Source: an uncultured Planctomycetota bacterium (GTDB taxonomy: Bacteria; Planctomycetota; Planctomycetia; Gemmatales; Gemmataceae). From it: a DNA stretch of 64,000 nt. The stretch is from assembly GCA_963849325.1 (NCBI GenBank), contig CAWKHF010000004.1, positions 479,619 to 543,618 on the forward strand. Direction: 5' to 3'. Below are positions 19,914 through 31,604 of this stretch, one piece after another; the stretch's first letter is position 1; each line of letters starts with the position of its first letter. The notes beneath the pieces are model-generated. The model was not told where the DNA came from and made no database searches. It saw only the letters and a list, made by a program, of their open reading frames with translations. A program made the position numbers and the translations under genes.

Positions 19914-22900
19914 GGTTTCCTCCTGCGCAAGACCAGCGTGGCCGGCACTTTGGCCGACAGGTAAGCCAGCTCCGCCGCCACAAACTTCGCGTTCGCCGCG
20001 TCCCAGCGGGCCGCCTTGACCGGGATGGTCGCCGGTACCTCGACCGGCTTGCTCGCCTCTTGCGCGGGCGGCTGCGGCGGAGCGGCGGGCGGTTTGGCGT
20101 CGTCCGCGGCAGGCCGCCGCTCCGCCATACCCTGAATCTTCTCGGTGATCTGGTCGGGAGTCAGCACGTTGTCGTTTTCATCTCGTTCGGGGATGGCGCC
20201 GAACAGGTCGAGGTGAGCTGCGCGGACACCGGCGACACCCTGGACGGCCGCGAGGATGGGGCTGGCGTAAACATCCTGCGCCGGCTGGCGGTTGTCGAAA
20301 CCCAACAGCGACAGGAGACTTTTCTGCACGGCCGGCCGGACCTTGTCCCATTCGTAGTCCGAGTCGATGGTGAGGGTGACTTCCAGTACGATCAACAGCA
20401 GCCGCCGTGGAGCCAGCACGACGGGCAACTCGGGGTCGCCGAACTTGTGCAGCGATTGCAGCAGGTTATCGAACAGGGCCGAGCCGGGCAGCTGGTTATC
20501 GTCCTGGGCGGCGACGGTGACGTGGACGCGGAAGGCGCCGGCGGCGGCGAGGCGGACGGCGCGGGCCTTGGCGATGCCGGCGTAGGCGCGGGCGAAGTCC
20601 TCATAGTCGGCGACCGAGACGAGCCGTTCCAGCGCGGTCAAGCCGGTGGGGGTGTTGCGGCGAGCCTGGGCGAGTGGCTCGCGGTCCGCGCCGCCGGCGG
20701 CCGGCAGCGGGTTGACGACATCCTTGACGCCCGGCGGCCGGTCGCCCAGCTGCGTGATCTGCTTGGCCTTGACGTTGCCGGCCTGGCCCAGACCGGCGCG
20801 GTAGACGGCCCGAATATTCTCCACCCCGGTCGCCGGCCGCGCCCCCTGTCGGCCGTCGCCGAACTGAACCGTCGCCCCACCCTGCTCGTCGGTGTACACG
20901 GCATAGACGCGGTCGTCCGGCCCGGACCCGGTTAGCCGCTCGACCTCACGCCAGAGTACGTCGTTGACGCGCACCTCCAGGGTGTCGGCCGCCCCGCTGG
21001 GTCGCACGGCGGGCAGATAGGTGAGCGGCCCTTGCTTGAGGGCGAAGCGCTGGCGCGGCTTGGAGGCGTCGCCGTTGCCCATCACTTCGCGCTTGCTCTC
21101 GCCATGCGTGGCGTGGGCGACGTTGCCGTAGACGGTGACTGTGTCGCGGCGATATGCGAACTGGAGTTTCTGCTGCAAATGCACGATGGTATGCGGGCGG
21201 GCGGTTGTCCGCGTCGGCCCCTGCGGCCCTGGGTTGGTGGGGTCTAGACTCGGGCTGGTGGCGTCCAGGCTCTGCTCGACGCTGGCGATGGCGACCAGCT
21301 CCGCATCGCGGACGCCGCGCGTGCCGGGCAGATCCGTCCGCTCTCCCTCGATCAAGAGCAGCCGCTTCGCCTCCAGCCCGTCGATCAGCCCGTCCAGCTG
21401 CAAGAGATCGCCGAAAACGTCGGCGTCGTAAGGCTCCTCGGCCAACTCCTGCGGCTCGCCCTGTACCAGCACCGACGTGCCGCGCAGCGCCGCCAGCGAC
21501 GAATCGGTCGGATTGAGCCAGGGCGAATCGAGAAGCAGGCGCGTGACCTTGGCCGAGATGCCGAAGCCGACCTCGGCTACCGCATCGACTGCTTCGACGC
21601 GGTAAATGTCGGGCGCCGTCATCCCGGGTTGCGGCTGCGCATGCTGGATCGCGATGTGACTGCCCGGTGCGATCTTGTCATACGTCGCATCCAAGGCGAG
21701 CAGGCGGCGGCGCTCGGGTAACAGCGGAAACTCCAGCTCGCCCGAGATGAGATAGACGTCGGGCCCCTCCTTGGGGGATCGGACGAGCGTAATCCGGCCC
21801 ATAGGGAGTTCCAGGGTTCTTCGGGTAGGCCGGTTGAAGGGAACAGCGGGCGTGTTATCGACGGCGAACGTTAGCTGTTCTCCGGGCATAGTATCTTTGA
21901 TAACGCGGAGACTATACGTTACGTCCTGACTTTTGAAGGTCACAGTAAGGCCCGGAGTGTCCAACGTCACGGTAACTTCGATGCCGTTGGGGAATTGCTC
22001 TGGTTTTGGGGCCGAGGGATTAACCTTCTTTGTAATGACGTCCTCCGGAGGACCAATCGAGACTTGCGGCACGATGGGTTGGGTGGAAGAAGTGTTCACG
22101 GCTTCGATCGCGAAGGGAGTCAGCGCCAACGGCCACTCGCGAGTGATCGTAATGGGATTTTGATTCGCCCCGTAACCGAGAACGATGGTCCGAGGCGGAG
22201 CCGAGCTTCCGAAGGGGGCGGCGCTCGCACGCAGCACCTCCACGTTCGGCAGGGACTCCGGCTGGGACAGGGTCGCGTTCGCCACGGCGCTGGGAATTTT
22301 TCCTTCCACCTGCGGATGCAGCGCCTGGAACACCTGCCCGGCCGCGCCGGACTGGATGCCCTGCTTGGTGAGAAAGAGATCCTTGAGCGTCGGCTCGGGG
22401 ACCAGCTGCGCCGGTGGTGGCGTCACAAGGGTCGAGAGCAGTGTGTTGAATTCGTCGGCTGTATTCCGGGTCGGCCCCGCCAGAGCTTTAACGATTCCAT
22501 CCAGACGCGAGCCTCGGTCGGGCTGAAGCTGCTGCGTCACGCGGTTGGCGTAGACCTCCGCCTCACCCAGCGACAGGGGGTACGTCTCCAGAAACCGCTG
22601 CAACGCGGCGACCAGCGTGTCGAACCAGGGCTTGATCCGTGGGAACGCACCATCATCGAAAAAGGCTTCCTCCCGACGCCAGGCCACTAAAACGGCTGTG
22701 CCGTTAATCTGCTGCATCACCAGACGCAACGTATGAGGCACTTGGTAAAGCCGGAGGACGCGTACCTGAACCATCTCGTCGCCGATCGGCTTGTTCAGCG
22801 CATTAAGCAGGGTACTGAGTTCGCCCGAAGACAACGTCTTGACCACCGCATTAAACGACTGGATGGAATGGAGGAAGGCTTTCCACGCGTCCTTGATTCG

Positions 22901-24600
22901 CTTGACAATCGCTGTCGCCTGCTCAATGTCGCTCAGCTTATTCAGCCCTTCGCGAGCATTCTTCAGAGTGTTCTCCAGCAACACGTAGAGGGATTCCACG
23001 AGCAAGGTGAGAGGCGAAGTCCTGTCATCCCCGACGACCAGGCGATCCGTCAAGACGGGCAAGGCTTGTTGGATCAACTGGGAGAGATTCGCAGCGCCTG
23101 GCGTCTCTTTTTCTCGAATCGCACTGTAGAGGGGTTGGCGGACCTGGTCCGCGATCCGCTTGAAGGGCTTCGTGTTTTCGATTGCTCTCAGCAACTCTTT
23201 CCGGAAATTCCGTTGGATCGCGTCGGTCAGCACGCCCTGTTGCTGCCGGTAATTCACAACGATTGTTGCCATGCGGTCGGCGCGGTTGGTGAGGTTATCG
23301 AATTGGGCAACGGTGGCGGTTCGCTGAACGTCCCGCAACAGCCGGAGTGCCTCGGCTGTGGCCGCGTCAAAGGCGTTGGGGGCGGGCGGCGAGTCCAGCA
23401 CCGCGCGGAGCCGCTGTAGCCCCTGATCGGCCCGATTCGCGAGAGACAGATACACCGTGAACGCCTGCCCATCCGCTCCGTAGCCGGGCAAGTTAAAGCG
23501 CTTGTACTTCTCGACCGCCTGCTTGATGGCCTGGAGCGGGTCCGGGGTCTGCGGGTCGAGCGCCTTTGCGAGATCCGTAATGAGCACATCAAACGGGGGA
23601 CATTCCGCCTGCCCGATCCACTTCTGAGCCGAAAGGAACCCCTCGAAGATGGTCCGAACCTTCTGCTGTTGTGCGCTTGAACCCTTCGCCGCATCGCTTA
23701 AATGGCTCACTCCGTCTGTGACTTGCTGAGCCACGGTAACGTCGCGCTGGAATCCCAGTTCGGGGCGGCTGTCGTAGTCATTAAGGGCGGTAAGCAAATC
23801 GCCCAGGTTGATGTCGGGTTGCGCGGGTCGGGCGGCCGATGCCAGAGTTCCATCCGAACCGTGGTCAACCCCGCGGTGGCATCGGGATTCGCCTCCTTGA
23901 CGCGCCACAGCTCTCCCGGCCGCTTATCAAACACGAGCAGCAGTGGGTCGTTGGGTTTGAGGTTGGCTGTGAGGCCCTTCAAATACAGAGCGCGTTCGGC
24001 CAGCTTGCGGCCTTGTCCGGTGTCCTCGAAGGTCGGCAGGCGGCTTTGCAGTGGGTGCATGGCGCTCCACTCGGCCCGCGCTTTCAGGTCCTCCACGGTC
24101 TCGAACGTCTGCGCCGTCTCGCCCGGATTGGGGACGCTCTTGGCCGACTGCCCTTTGCGGATCGTCGTCCGCGCGTCCTTGTCCAGCGTGAATGCCAGGT
24201 AGACATCCGCAGCCACGCCGGGGCGCGGCTGATAGCCCACCAGGCGCGCCAGCTCGCGGATTGAGCGATAGTCGCGCGCCGTCGGCAAATACCCCTCGTT
24301 GGCCAGGCGCTCCTGGTAAAACGTCAGCACGTCCGCCACCATCGCCCAGGCGTCCAAAAGCGCGATGGACCAGTCGTCCTCGGCGCGGGCCGTGAGATTC
24401 TTAAGGGGGTTGGGCGTAACGGGAAACGTCAGCCCCGTCAGCTCGGCCTTCATGGTCGAAAGGAAGTCGGCGTACGCGCCGACGCGGTAGGCCAGCTCCG
24501 TCTGGCCGGGCAGGTTAGCGACGGAGCGCGGCGTGCGGACCTCGGTCCCGGCACAGCAGTCGCAATCGCGCGGTCGCTCCTCGGGCCGGGACGGGGTCAT
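19910..24600 (-). CDS. Baseplate J-like assembly protein with large insertion (frameshift near 23830)
   Basis: ALLDAWAMVADVLTFYQERLANEGYL...LVGYQPRPG; VQFGDG, NPLPAAGGADRE, RLVSVADYEDFA. Confidence 0.88.
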
Positions 24601-27417
24601 GGCTTCACCTCGGGGTTGAACTCGAAGGACAGCCGGCCGGCGCCAGGCGAGGCCGGGGAATCGTCCAGCTGCGCCACTTCCAGCGGCCCTATGCGCAGCA
24701 CACCGGACTTCGGTACTTGCTTGCTCTTGTCCTTACCCTTGTCGTGCGGCTCCAGCAAGCGCCGCAGGGTCACAACCTCAACCCACTCGACGCCGGGTGT
24801 CGCTTGCGCCGCGGCCGCCAGGGCGCTGGCGGCGATGGACGTGCCGAAGGTGAGTTTGTCGGGATGCAAGAATCCCAGTTTGCCGTCGGGCCGAACGCCG
24901 CTGCCCAGCGCCGGCGCAGGGCCAGCTCGACCGGAACGCGGCTCGCGCCGCGGGCCAGCTGCACGCGCAGCTTGATATCCAGCGGCACCATCCGCGGCGC
25001 GACCACGCGAACGTCGTGGCCGATGCGCCGGTAGCGCTTCAGGTTGGCCTCGATCTCGCGGTAGACGCGATCGACCTGCGCGCCGTACAGCGACAGCGTT
25101 CTGCGCTTCCAGATCCAGGGCTACATGGATCTCGACGCCGGCGCCGGTCCAGCGCGCTTCCGCCGCCGCCTTCTGCACGCGCCGGTCGCGGCCGGCCAGC
25201 TGGGCGTAGTCGGCGGCGATGACCGCCCGCAGCGGCTCATCGCGGAACGCGCCCGGCGCCAGCAGCTTGACCGCCTCGACGACCTCCGGGTCGGTCCCGC
25301 CCGCGGCGGGCAGCGGGTTGCGCACCTTCGCGATGCCCTCGAACGGTTGGTGGATGGGGCAGCAGCCGGTAATCTGTTCGGAGCCGACGTTGCCGGCCGC
25401 GCCGTTGCCGACGCGGTAACAGGCCGTGAGCGCTTCGCCGGGCAGGGGGCGCTGCCGGGCGTGTCGTCGTCGAAGCGCAGATGCGCCGCCCCCCCGTCGT
25501 CGATCTCGGCGACCACGGGCAATTCCTTGCCGGGTTGCAGCAGGTCGCGGCGCGGCGTCCAGCGGCGCGGCGGCCAGTCCGACTTCAGCCACAGCGCCGG
25601 CACCGCCTCCTGCGGCCGCTGCGCCAGCGCGGTGCTGGCCGGCCCATAGGACAGCGGGTGCAGCGGCGACGTGTCGGCGAGCCGGTCGGCCCGCGCCTGC
25701 GGCGGCGGACCCAGCCAGGGCAGTAGCGGATGCGGATCGATCCCTGGCAAGGACACCAGCCGCAGCGACAGCCGCAGCTCCAGGGCCACGTCCCACCCCA
25801 GGAGCGGAACTCCCATGAGCACCAGATCGAGCAATAGCTTCACCCGCCGCGACAGGGCGGCGTCCGTCGTTGGCGAAAGGCGCTCGTGCAGCTCCGCCAA
25901 ATAGCCGGCCTGCACCTGCGCGACGACCTGCGGGTCGGGGAACGCCGCCGCATGCGTCAGCGACCGCTTGCTCAGCGGCTCGAAGCGCCACGCCCCGCGC
26001 CGCCCGTCGGATCGCGTGGCGCGGCCGGTGTCGGGTCCTTCGGCCGTATCGCTCCACCGCACCGGCTTGAGCGACTCCGGCTTCTGCCACAAACCCTGAT
26101 CCACCAAAATCACGTTCCCGTGAGCGACGCTGATAACCTTCCCTATTGCGGTGCTGCTCCGCAGGCAGAGCGGGAATGGCAAGGCGTCGTCCTCGAACCA
26201 CTCGACCTCCACGAGCTTGCTTTTGGCATCCGCGGCCACGCGCGTCAGCCGCACGGCGTACCGCCGCGACGGATCGGCGTCCGTTTCCTGGCCCGTGTGT
26301 GGTCCCAGAATTTCCTCAAAGATCAGCACGTCGCCCGGCTGTAACGACAGCGGCCCCTGGAGCGTGGCGGCGGTCGCCCCGCGCGGCAGGCAGATGTCGC
26401 CGTGCCCTTCGGCGTGGAAATCAATCGTGTTGTGCCGGCGATACAGCTTGAGGTGCGGCGCGGAGCCGGAGCTGCGCCAGGCGAACGTGCCGGCGGTCCG
26501 CGCCATCACAGGCGAGTAGACGATGCGATCGGCCTCTACCGCCTCCAGGAGCTGCTCGGCACTTTGGATGGGCCGGCGCGGGGCCGCCAGTGGTCGAGGG
26601 GTCGGTGAAGAAGTAAACGTTCTCGGGGTCCAGCTCGATCTCGTCCCGACCGTCATCAACCTTCACGTAGACCCAGGCGCGGGCGTTGCAGCCCTCGTGC
26701 ATCGGATAGTCTACCAGCCGCACGTGCCGCCGCACCGACACGCGCCGCCGCGCCGTCTCCAGGTACGCTTCCGTGCCGACGGCGTCCTGGTAATAGCTGA
26801 GGTGGTCGGCGGCGTAGGCCAGCGCCTCGACCAGCGTCACTCCCAGGTCGGGGATCGCCCGGTCGGACCAGTTCGGCACGGTCTGAGCCAGGCGGTCCAG
26901 CAGCAGGCGGCGGAACGAGGCGTAGTCCTTGGCGAGATAGTCGATCGCCGGCGGCGGCACGGGAGGGGCGGGAATGCACTCGCTGCCGGCGCCGCAGTCG
27001 GTCTCTTGCGCAGCCGCTGCGGAAGCGGAAGTCGATGGCGGCGTAAGCGGGATCAAAGCCCGGATACGGCCGGCCGGTCGGTACACCGTCGGCACTGACT
27101 TCCACCAAGCTCAGCGTATAGAGCAACCCGTCGCCGGGATCTCGGACCGTGACGTGGATCTCCCCGGTGTCCGGCTCCTCGGGTGCCACCTGCGTCTTCG
27201 CGCTGAGGATCGGCAGCGGCGTGGCGCCGCGCCGCTCGATGCGGACGTTGGCCTTGTGCAGCTTCTCGGTTCTGTTCGTATTCGTCACCGGCTGGAACGT
27301 GCGGATCGTCAGCGTCACCAACGGACCGCATTTCTTCGCGGGGCACAGGTCGAGCGTGTCGATCCCGTTGCGGCCGGGATGCTCCTGGGAACCAGAATCG
27401 GTGACGTCAAAAATCAT
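24597..27417 (-). CDS. Baseplate J-like assembly protein (several frameshifts)
   Basis: IDYLAKDYASFRRLLLDRL, LSYYQDAVGTEAYL, YRVGNGAAGNVG, NPLPAAGGTDPE, RAVIAADY in successive frames. Confidence 0.85.
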
Positions 27418-27421
27418 AGCC

Positions 27422-27781
27422 TCATACCGCTTGCGTCAGGCGTTCGGTTCGGGTCTCCCCTGTCCGGCGAACGGCGTAGCTCAGCTCGATCACGATCCGC
27501 GCCTCCCCGGCGCTGACGTCTAGGTTTTGCACGTCGATCATCGGCCCCAGCCAGCGCTGCAGGTTGGCCTGGATGGAAACCTTCAGCGCCGCCTCCACCT
27601 CCGGCCCAGCGGGGGCGAAAACCAGGGGCAAAATGCCGCCCCCGAAGTCCGGCCGATTGACGCGCTCGCCGGGGTTGGTGAACAACAGCAGCTCCAGGAG
27701 TTGGCGCACGTAGCCGGCGTCATCCCGCACGCCGGTGTGCCCGCGGCCATCGAACCGGAAGGGGAAATCCAGGTGGCTCAT
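27422..27781 (-). CDS. GPW/gp25 family baseplate protein
   Basis: LLFTNPGERVNRPDFGGG. Confidence 0.92.
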   Translation of the reverse strand: MSHLDFPFRFDGRGHTGVRDDAGYVRQLLELLLFTNPGERVNRPDFGGGILPLVFAPAGPEVEAALKVSIQANLQRWLGPMIDVQNLDVSAGEARIVIELSYAVRRTGETRTERLTQAV

Positions 27782-28125
27782 TGCGCCGTCACCCGCGTTT
27801 GAAGGGAACTAACGGTCGGCGGGCCTTGCGGCGCCTGCTCGGCGCTGAAGCACATCGCCGGCCCACTGCCCGGCGCCGGTTGCAACAGCGCCGGCAGCCC
27901 ACTGACCTGCACCCGTGTGCTCGTCATCGTCCAGCGCACCGTTAGGCACGGCTGCGGCTTGGGACCGGGCACGGTGAACGGGCATCCGGTCACGTAAATC
28001 TGGTTGCTCGTAACCGCCACCGGCTGGCCGCTCACCAGCACGCGCGTTTGCGCCGGGGTCGTTGTCGCCGGCGCCTGGTGCGGGCACTGCATGGTCGCCC
28101 CGACGTGCAGAAGAAAACCCGGCAT
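27778..28125 (-). CDS. PAAR-like (DUF4280-type) spike tip
   Basis: GATMQCPH, GCPF, PCLTVRW Cys pattern; 115 aa directly after the spike gene. Confidence 0.75.
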   Translation of the reverse strand: MPGFLLHVGATMQCPHQAPATTTPAQTRVLVSGQPVAVTSNQIYVTGCPFTVPGPKPQPCLTVRWTMTSTRVQVSGLPALLQPAPGSGPAMCFSAEQAPQGPPTVSSLQTRVTAQ

Positions 28126-28144
28126 CGTAACACTCCCTGTTCGT

Positions 28145-28666
28145 TCACATCACGGTCAGCGCCGAGCCGTTAATCGAGACGACGTTGCCGATCAGCGTGA
28201 TCGTCGCCCCCTTGCCATTGTTGAGATAAATGCCCGTGTCGTTGACGATGAGCGTTGCCCCAGTCGTGGACTTGAGCAGGATGCCGCCGGTCGGACCGGG
28301 CAGATCGTTGACCTGGATGCCGTTTTGCAACACCGTCTGCAGGGTGATGGCCGGCACGGCCGGCGGCACGGCGCGCGACAACGCCGGCACCTCGGCGGCC
28401 GAGCCCCAGTAGTTGCCGACCCAGATGGGCTGGTCGGGGTCGCCCTGCTCGAACTCGATCCACACGCCCGCGCCAATGGGCGGCACGGCGAAAAAGCCCA
28501 TTTGCGTGCCGCCGACCGGCACGCAGGGCAGCGCCCAGCTGGTCGGAATCAGGCCCGACACGTCTGGGACCATCGCCTGGATGCGACCCTGCTGCATCGG
28601 GTCGATGTTGTTGAACACCGTGCCGCGGTACTTGCCCAGAAATTTTCGTGTGCGCGCGTCGTCCAT
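28145..28666 (-). CDS. Gp5/gpV OB-fold spike protein
   Basis: GKYRGTV..NIDP..GRIQA.VP, WALPC, GVWIEFEQGDPDQPIWVG. Confidence 0.92.
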   Translation of the reverse strand: MDDARTRKFLGKYRGTVFNNIDPMQQGRIQAMVPDVSGLIPTSWALPCVPVGGTQMGFFAVPPIGAGVWIEFEQGDPDQPIWVGNYWGSAAEVPALSRAVPPAVPAITLQTVLQNGIQVNDLPGPTGGILLKSTTGATLIVNDTGIYLNNGKGATITLIGNVVSINGSALTVM

Positions 28667-28682
28667 CGGCAGTTCCTTGGCC

Positions 28683-29808
28683 TCACGCGGTTACCCGGGG
28701 GACGGTGGACACCAGGCCGTTGCGGCTGAGCGTGAAGCGCTGCTTGAACTCGCCGCGGCGGAGGCTGTACGTGACACTCTCGACATAGTACAGGCCGTCG
28801 AAGGGCTGCCCCACTCCCCGCACGCCGACCAGCCGACGCGGCCGCAGCACCTGCCCGTAGCGCAGCACGTCCAGCGTCCCAGTTGCCGACAGGGCGTCCA
28901 TCGACCGCGCCTGCCGCGACAGACCCAACAGCGCCGCCCGAATCGGGTTGAGCTTGGCCGTGTTCGTCAGCGGCTCAATGCGCTTGGGGATCGGCGGGAT
29001 CAACCCCAGTGGGGGGCTGAGCAGCGACACGTTGGGGATCGGGATGGGGATCGGCACCTTGGTGATCGGCTCCTGGATGTAGACGACGTACTGCGTGGCG
29101 CTGTCGTGGTTGAAGCGAAAGCTCAGCGCTTCGAGGTTACTGTCGGCGTCGAGGTCGGCGCTGAGGGCGGCTTGCGGCTCGCCGGAACGGATCTCCGGCC
29201 CCCAGTACGCGAAGCTGGAACCGGGCGTCAGTCCTGGCTCATGGCAGAACACGAAACCAACCTCGTCGGCCAGCTGGCGCAGGTAGGCCAGGTCGGTCCC
29301 CTGCTGACGGGGAAACTGTTGCAGCGGGTTGGATACGTCGCTGAGGACCGTCGGGACAATCAGCGGCACGACTCCCAGGGCGGCGTACTTGGCGAGAATG
29401 AGCGCGACGCGGGCCATGGCCGGCATTCCCGGGTACGGCAGGCCGTCGAAGCTGACCAGATCCATGACGGCGGTGAGGTCGGTCCCCGTCACGGTGAGCG
29501 TGGCCGGCGCGCGGCGGCGCCGGGGCTGAGCTGGTGGTCGGTGACGACGCCGTCGATGAGGACTTCGGGCCGGCCGCGCAGGGTGACGTACACGACAACG
29601 CGCAGCACCGGCGGCAGCGCGCCACCGGAGAGTAACAGAACATTCAAGAGCGGCGAGCGCGTGGGTATCTGGAAGGTCAGCTGGAAACCGCTGGGCTGGC
29701 GCGTGGCACTGGTGACCTCGACGGCGGTCAGCGCGTCGATGACGGCCGCCGGCGCGGCGCCGGCACGGTGGGACCGATCAGCAGGTTGAGGTAAAGTCCG
29801 TCAATCAC
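28683..29808 (-). CDS. Baseplate hub (gp27/late control D-like), frameshifted
   Basis: GFQLTF, GTDLTAVMD, QQGTDLAYLRQLA, DGLYYVESVT; position between LysM and gpV genes. Confidence 0.7.
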
Positions 29809-30169
29809 GTGCGGCCTCCGGGACGTCGGCAGGGAGCGTGATGCGGAGACGGCGGCCGACTTCTTCCAGCTCCTCAGGCCGAATGGCGCCGTTGGCGTCG
29901 CACAGCTGCCAGAACTGTTCGGGGTCGCCGACGTAGAGGGCGGCGAGATTATCCAGGCGGTCGCCGCGGACGACAGTATGCTCCTTGACGGTGTGGAAAC
30001 GCGCCGGCAGCGGCACGAAGCGGCGGCGGAGATAGACGATGGTGCGTCCACCCGCGTCGGTGAGGGTGGTGGTAGCCAGGCCGGCGTAGCGGCTCGTTTG
30101 GGCGAACGGCCGCGGCGCTTGCGGAGCGCCGCCGAGGATGGCGTTGAGGGGTTCGGGCAGAGGGTTCAC
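29801..30169 (-). CDS. LysM/tail X-like CIS protein
   Basis: HTVVRGDRLDNLAALYVGDPEQFWQLCDANG. Confidence 0.88.
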   Translation of the reverse strand: MNPLPEPLNAILGGAPQAPRPFAQTSRYAGLATTTLTDAGGRTIVYLRRRFVPLPARFHTVKEHTVVRGDRLDNLAALYVGDPEQFWQLCDANGAIRPEELEEVGRRLRITLPADVPEAARD

Positions 30170-30819
30170 AGTTGTCCTCCGAGGCCGAGGACGGCCAGGT
30201 TGCGCGACGCGGCGAGAGCGGCGAGGCGCTCTTTTTGTTGCTGGTAAACGAGGAAGACACCTCCGCCCTTGGTGCCGAAGCCGAGGTCGATGACGCTGAG
30301 AACGCGCAGCGACAGGCTGACCTTGGCGCGAATGGGATTGAGGTTGGGGTCGAACGCTTCCTCGGTGATGCTCAGCTCGGTGATGCGTACGGGAACAGTG
30401 CGGTTGCGGCTCCAGACGAACAGGCTGAGCGGCGCCTCGACAGGAACGATTTCGAGCGAGCCGGAAGAGGCGAGGCTGTTGTTGCTGACGAGGCGCGCGC
30501 TATCGGGATAGACGACGGTTTCGAGGGCGGCGAGGGCGGGGAAGAGTCCATACTGCGCGACGGTGCTATCGCCGCGTTCCATGGCGTCAGTGGCATCCAA
30601 CTCGGCTTCGAGGCGAATCGTCTCGACGGGCGGTCCCTTGAGGCGCAGCGCCTCGGAGCGATCGCCGCCCTCGGTGTTGACGGCCTGCGTTTGCAGCGTG
30701 CGCGTCAGGGTGTCGGGATTGTACTGTAGCGCGATCACACGCTGCACCGCGGACGTTTGCGGATCGAGCAGAACGATGCCGCCCTTGAGGAGTTTCGGAG
30801 AGCCGGGGAAGGAGGACAT
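30166..30819 (-). CDS. CIS tube-initiator-like protein
   Basis: LQYNPDTLTR, FVWSRNRTVPVRITELSITEEAFD..LNPIRAKVSLSL. Confidence 0.78.
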   Translation of the reverse strand: MSSFPGSPKLLKGGIVLLDPQTSAVQRVIALQYNPDTLTRTLQTQAVNTEGGDRSEALRLKGPPVETIRLEAELDATDAMERGDSTVAQYGLFPALAALETVVYPDSARLVSNNSLASSGSLEIVPVEAPLSLFVWSRNRTVPVRITELSITEEAFDPNLNPIRAKVSLSLRVLSVIDLGFGTKGGGVFLVYQQQKERLAALAASRNLAVLGLGGQL

Positions 30820-30836
30820 TTCAAATCCGCCCCACT

Positions 30837-31604
30837 TTAGTTGAAAAGAAAGTGCAAGACCGTTTTGTCTGCCTCCCGAAAGACGACCTCCAAGGTATAC
30901 TCCGCGTAAGTCCACTTCCCGCCCACGAGTTTGCCTTTCGAGAGCTTCGCCACATACCGGAACGCCCCAACAGCTTCTTGAGGGTCAGGAGTTCGGATGC
31001 CGTACCGGATCGCTTGTTTAAGAACCTGGACTGGAACGTACCTGCCGGATTCACCCATCCGTTCAATGGTCGTAGCGGTGAAGTTTAGATTGCCGCGAAA
31101 CTTGATACCACGGTAGACACCACGGAGGACGGTCCACGCCCGCTCACTAATCCCCTTAACGGCGGTCCTGATTCCTGCACTGGCTGCGGCGCGCGTTGTC
31201 GCCTTCGCGGCGGATTCGGAAACCTCTTTTTCAGCGATTTCGGCACCCGCCTGTCCCAGAGCACGGAGACCACCTCGGACGATCCCTCGGCCAAGCCCGG
31301 CGAGGCCGCCGGCGAGAAGGTCGATGGGGTCGATCAGATCCTGTTCGAGTCCGCGCTCTCCCGCTTCCACGAAATTGCCGTCTAGGTCGTAGATTTGAAA
31401 AACACCAGAGGTTTCATGCCGGAATCCAACGACGTCATTGCTCTGGTCATCGAAAATAGGAAGTGACTCGGCCGGAAGGCCCGGTGGCACCACCCATTGA
31501 ACTTCATCGGTCGCAGGGGCCACTACCTCGCTTTCTGGCACGGCTTTCTCGATCTGCGCCACTGCTATCCGCCACTTTTCGGCCCTGGGTCTGCATCGAC
31601 CCAT
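30837..31604 (-). CDS. Putative toxin domain, probably the C-terminus of the DUF4157 gene
   Basis: IDPIDLLAGG plus Gly/Ala-rich linker, then a basic domain GRYVPVQVLKQAIRYG..PDPQ...LEV...VLHFLF; overlaps upstream ORF. Confidence 0.6.
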   Translation of the reverse strand: MGRCRPRAEKWRIAVAQIEKAVPESEVVAPATDEVQWVVPPGLPAESLPIFDDQSNDVVGFRHETSGVFQIYDLDGNFVEAGERGLEQDLIDPIDLLAGGLAGLGRGIVRGGLRALGQAGAEIAEKEVSESAAKATTRAAASAGIRTAVKGISERAWTVLRGVYRGIKFRGNLNFTATTIERMGESGRYVPVQVLKQAIRYGIRTPDPQEAVGAFRYVAKLSKGKLVGGKWTYAEYTLEVVFREADKTVLHFLFN

